The notes below the pieces were generated by a model. It was given only the letters and a program-made list of their open reading frames with translations, made no database searches and was not told the DNA's origin. 34,133 nucleotides of DNA, from NCBI GenBank assembly GCA_013265495.1, contig MU058520.1, positions 3,220 to 37,352 on the forward strand, in the 5' to 3' direction. Positions 32,030 through 34,133 of this stretch are shown piece after piece. The position numbers and the translations under genes are program-made. Position 1 is the first letter of the stretch. Each line of letters starts with the position of its first letter. The stretch comes from Vicugna vicugna (lineage: Eukaryota).

Positions 32030-34133
32030 GTGGACAAGATGGCAGAGTAGTGAGACCCTGAGCACACCTCCTCCCACGGGCACACCAAAATCACAACTAT
32101 TTACAGAGCAACTATCCTGCTGAGAAGGAACTGAAGACTAGCAGAGGCGATTTTCCACAACTAAAGATATTAAGAAGGAACTACAATGAGATGGGTAGGA
32201 GGAGCAGAGGTGCAGTATATTTTATGGCCCAAATCTCCAGGTAGGCAACTTACAAACGGGAGGATGATCACAATTGCAAAAGTTCTTCCCAAGGAGTGAG
32301 GGGCCCAGACCCCACACCAGGATCCCAAGCCCAGGGGTACTACACTGGAAGGTGAGCCCCTATAATGTCTGACATTGAAGGCCAGTGGAATTTGTGAAAC
32401 AGAGAACTGGAGGGCTGTAGCAAGCAGAAAGTCTGCCCTTAAACAACACAAGCAAAATCTCAGATGCTCCCAGACCCAGCACAGAGGGAGTAATTTGAAA
32501 GGAGCCTAGGTCAGACTCACTTTTTGAACTTGGATAAGCCTGACACAGAGGTGGGAGGCCAGCAGAACTCCCCCTGGGGACACAGGTACGGGTGGAAGCC
32601 ATTGATGGGAGCCTGTTCTCCCACCCTGGAGGGCACTGGTGCTGGCAAGGGCCGTTCTGGAGTCAAGACTATCTGCACCGGGACCAGGCCCTGTCCACCA
32701 GCAGGCTGGCAGAAGTCCCTGGGCACCCTGTATGGAGCAGCCAGTCCCATGGGGAAACAACTCTGCCTGCCACCCGCAGACCCATGGCCCTGTAGCCAGC
32801 CACACAAGGACCTGGCACTGCTCACCAACAGATGGGCCAGCCCTGGGACCCCAGGTCCTACAGCCAGCCACACTGAGACTGGTCCTGCCCACAGGCAGGC
32901 CGACATCAGCCCCAGGAGTTCTAAGGCCCTTGCTCCACACACTAGCAGGCCAGCACCAGCCCTGGGACTTGCTGGCACCTACAGCCAACAGTCCCAGGAC
33001 CCCCCAGGCCCAAAGCCAACTGCACAGTGAGTGGGTTACCCACCAGCAGGCTGAGACAAGCCCTAGGAACCCCTGGGGCCACTCAGTCAGCAGCTCTAGG
33101 ACCCAGACTTGCCCATGAGTGGCCAGCAGGCTCTGCATAAGGAAAGGCTTGGCAGCAGCTAACTGGACAAAGACCAGCCCTTCCTGCCTGCACACCCACA
33201 GCAGCTGGCCCGGCCATGACACAAGAACCCGCTCACATGATGAGGGGGGCACCCCTAGATTATGTAACTCAGGTGACCAGAGCGGGGTGTGCTGCTGGGC
33301 ACCAAACAATGTCTCCCACACAAGCCTAGTTCTCCAAGATCAGAAAACATAACCGATCTACTTAATTCATAGAAATAAACACAGAGAATTAGGCAAAAGG
33401 AGGCAAGAGAGGAATATATTCCAAACGAAGGGAAAGATAAAATTCCAGGAAAAGAACTCAGTGAAGTGGACATAAGCAATCTCCTAAAGAGTTCAAGGTA
33501 ATGATCACAAAGAAGTTCAGCAAACTCAGGGAAAGAATGAATGATCATAGCAAGGAGTTTAAAAAGATTTAGAAAATATAAAGAAGAACCAAACAGAGAT
33601 GAAGAATTCAGTAAGTGAAATTTGAAAATATACTAGGAGGAACCAACAGTAGAACAGATGATACAGAGGAACAGATCAGAGATCTGGAAGACAGAGTAGC
33701 TGAAGTCACCCAAGCTGAACAGAAAAAAAAAGAAATTTTAAAAAAGCAAGGGCAGTTTAAGATACCTCTAGTCTTATACCACAACACTGTGAGACTAGAA
33801 ATCAAGTATAAGAAAAAAAAAACTGCAAAAAACACAAGCACATAGAGACCAAACAGAACGCTACTGAAAACCAATGGGTTACAGGAGAAATTAAAGAAGA
33901 AATTAAAAAATGCTTGGAGACAAAAGGAAACAAAAACACAACAACCCAAAATCTATAGGATGCAGCAAAAGCAGTGCTAGGAGGGAAATTTATAGAGATA
34001 CAGGCCATAACCTAACTCTTGAAGGAAGGAGAAAATGAAGAACAAACAAAACCCAAAGTTAGAAGGAAAGAAGTCATAAAGATCAGAGTGGAAATTAATG
34101 AAACAGAGACAACAACAAAAAAACACAACACAC
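32030..34133 (+). mobile_element. L1 5' end (5' UTR and decayed ORF1) joined by an internal deletion to ORF2; runs off the window
   Basis: Starts ggacaagatggcagagtag with a GC-rich 5' UTR. ORF1 coiled coil (EEQIRDLEDRVAEVTQAEQKK) jumps near 33760 to ORF2 HNTVRLEI...caaaatctataggatgcagcaaaagcagtgcta. Confidence 0.9.

Noticed and set aside
32506..33321. 271-aa minus-strand ORF and overlapping ORFs
   Set aside because: They lie within a GC-rich L1 5' UTR and show no protein-family features.

Overview
Mammalian genomic DNA, probably camelid (inferred from the L1 3' ends, the ERV1 LTR family, and no recognisable Alu, BovB, PRE-1 or SINEC; not proven). The window looks like a mosaic of duplicated segments. 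(1) 84-16752, minus strand: an intron-containing, disabled partial copy of adenylyl cyclase ADCY1 (six recognisable exons, with frameshifts, in-frame stops, a lost acceptor and two apparently missing exons). (2) ~18690-20150: a CpG island with a minus-strand first-exon-like segment and a strong donor pointing into the ADCY1 remnant. (3) 21197-22836: two ERV1 LTRs fused tail-to-tail, carrying a 655-bp L1 piece copied from 4 kb upstream and flanked by a 305-bp duplication. (4) 24920-27418, plus strand: a candidate compact 3-exon gene of 568 aa that the ORF track shows only in pieces. It has an MFCC/basic N-terminus, a ~1-kb in-frame 18-bp (AAPEEP/AAPADL) repeat, a poly(A) signal and CRE-like/X-box motifs upstream. 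(5) 30385-30875, minus strand: an open 491-nt internal exon of a gene I cannot name. The rest is L1, MLT2, MER39-like, MER and MIR repeats, plus a 37-N gap. Comparisons to human ADCY1, exon numbering and repeat family names come from memory, not from a search.
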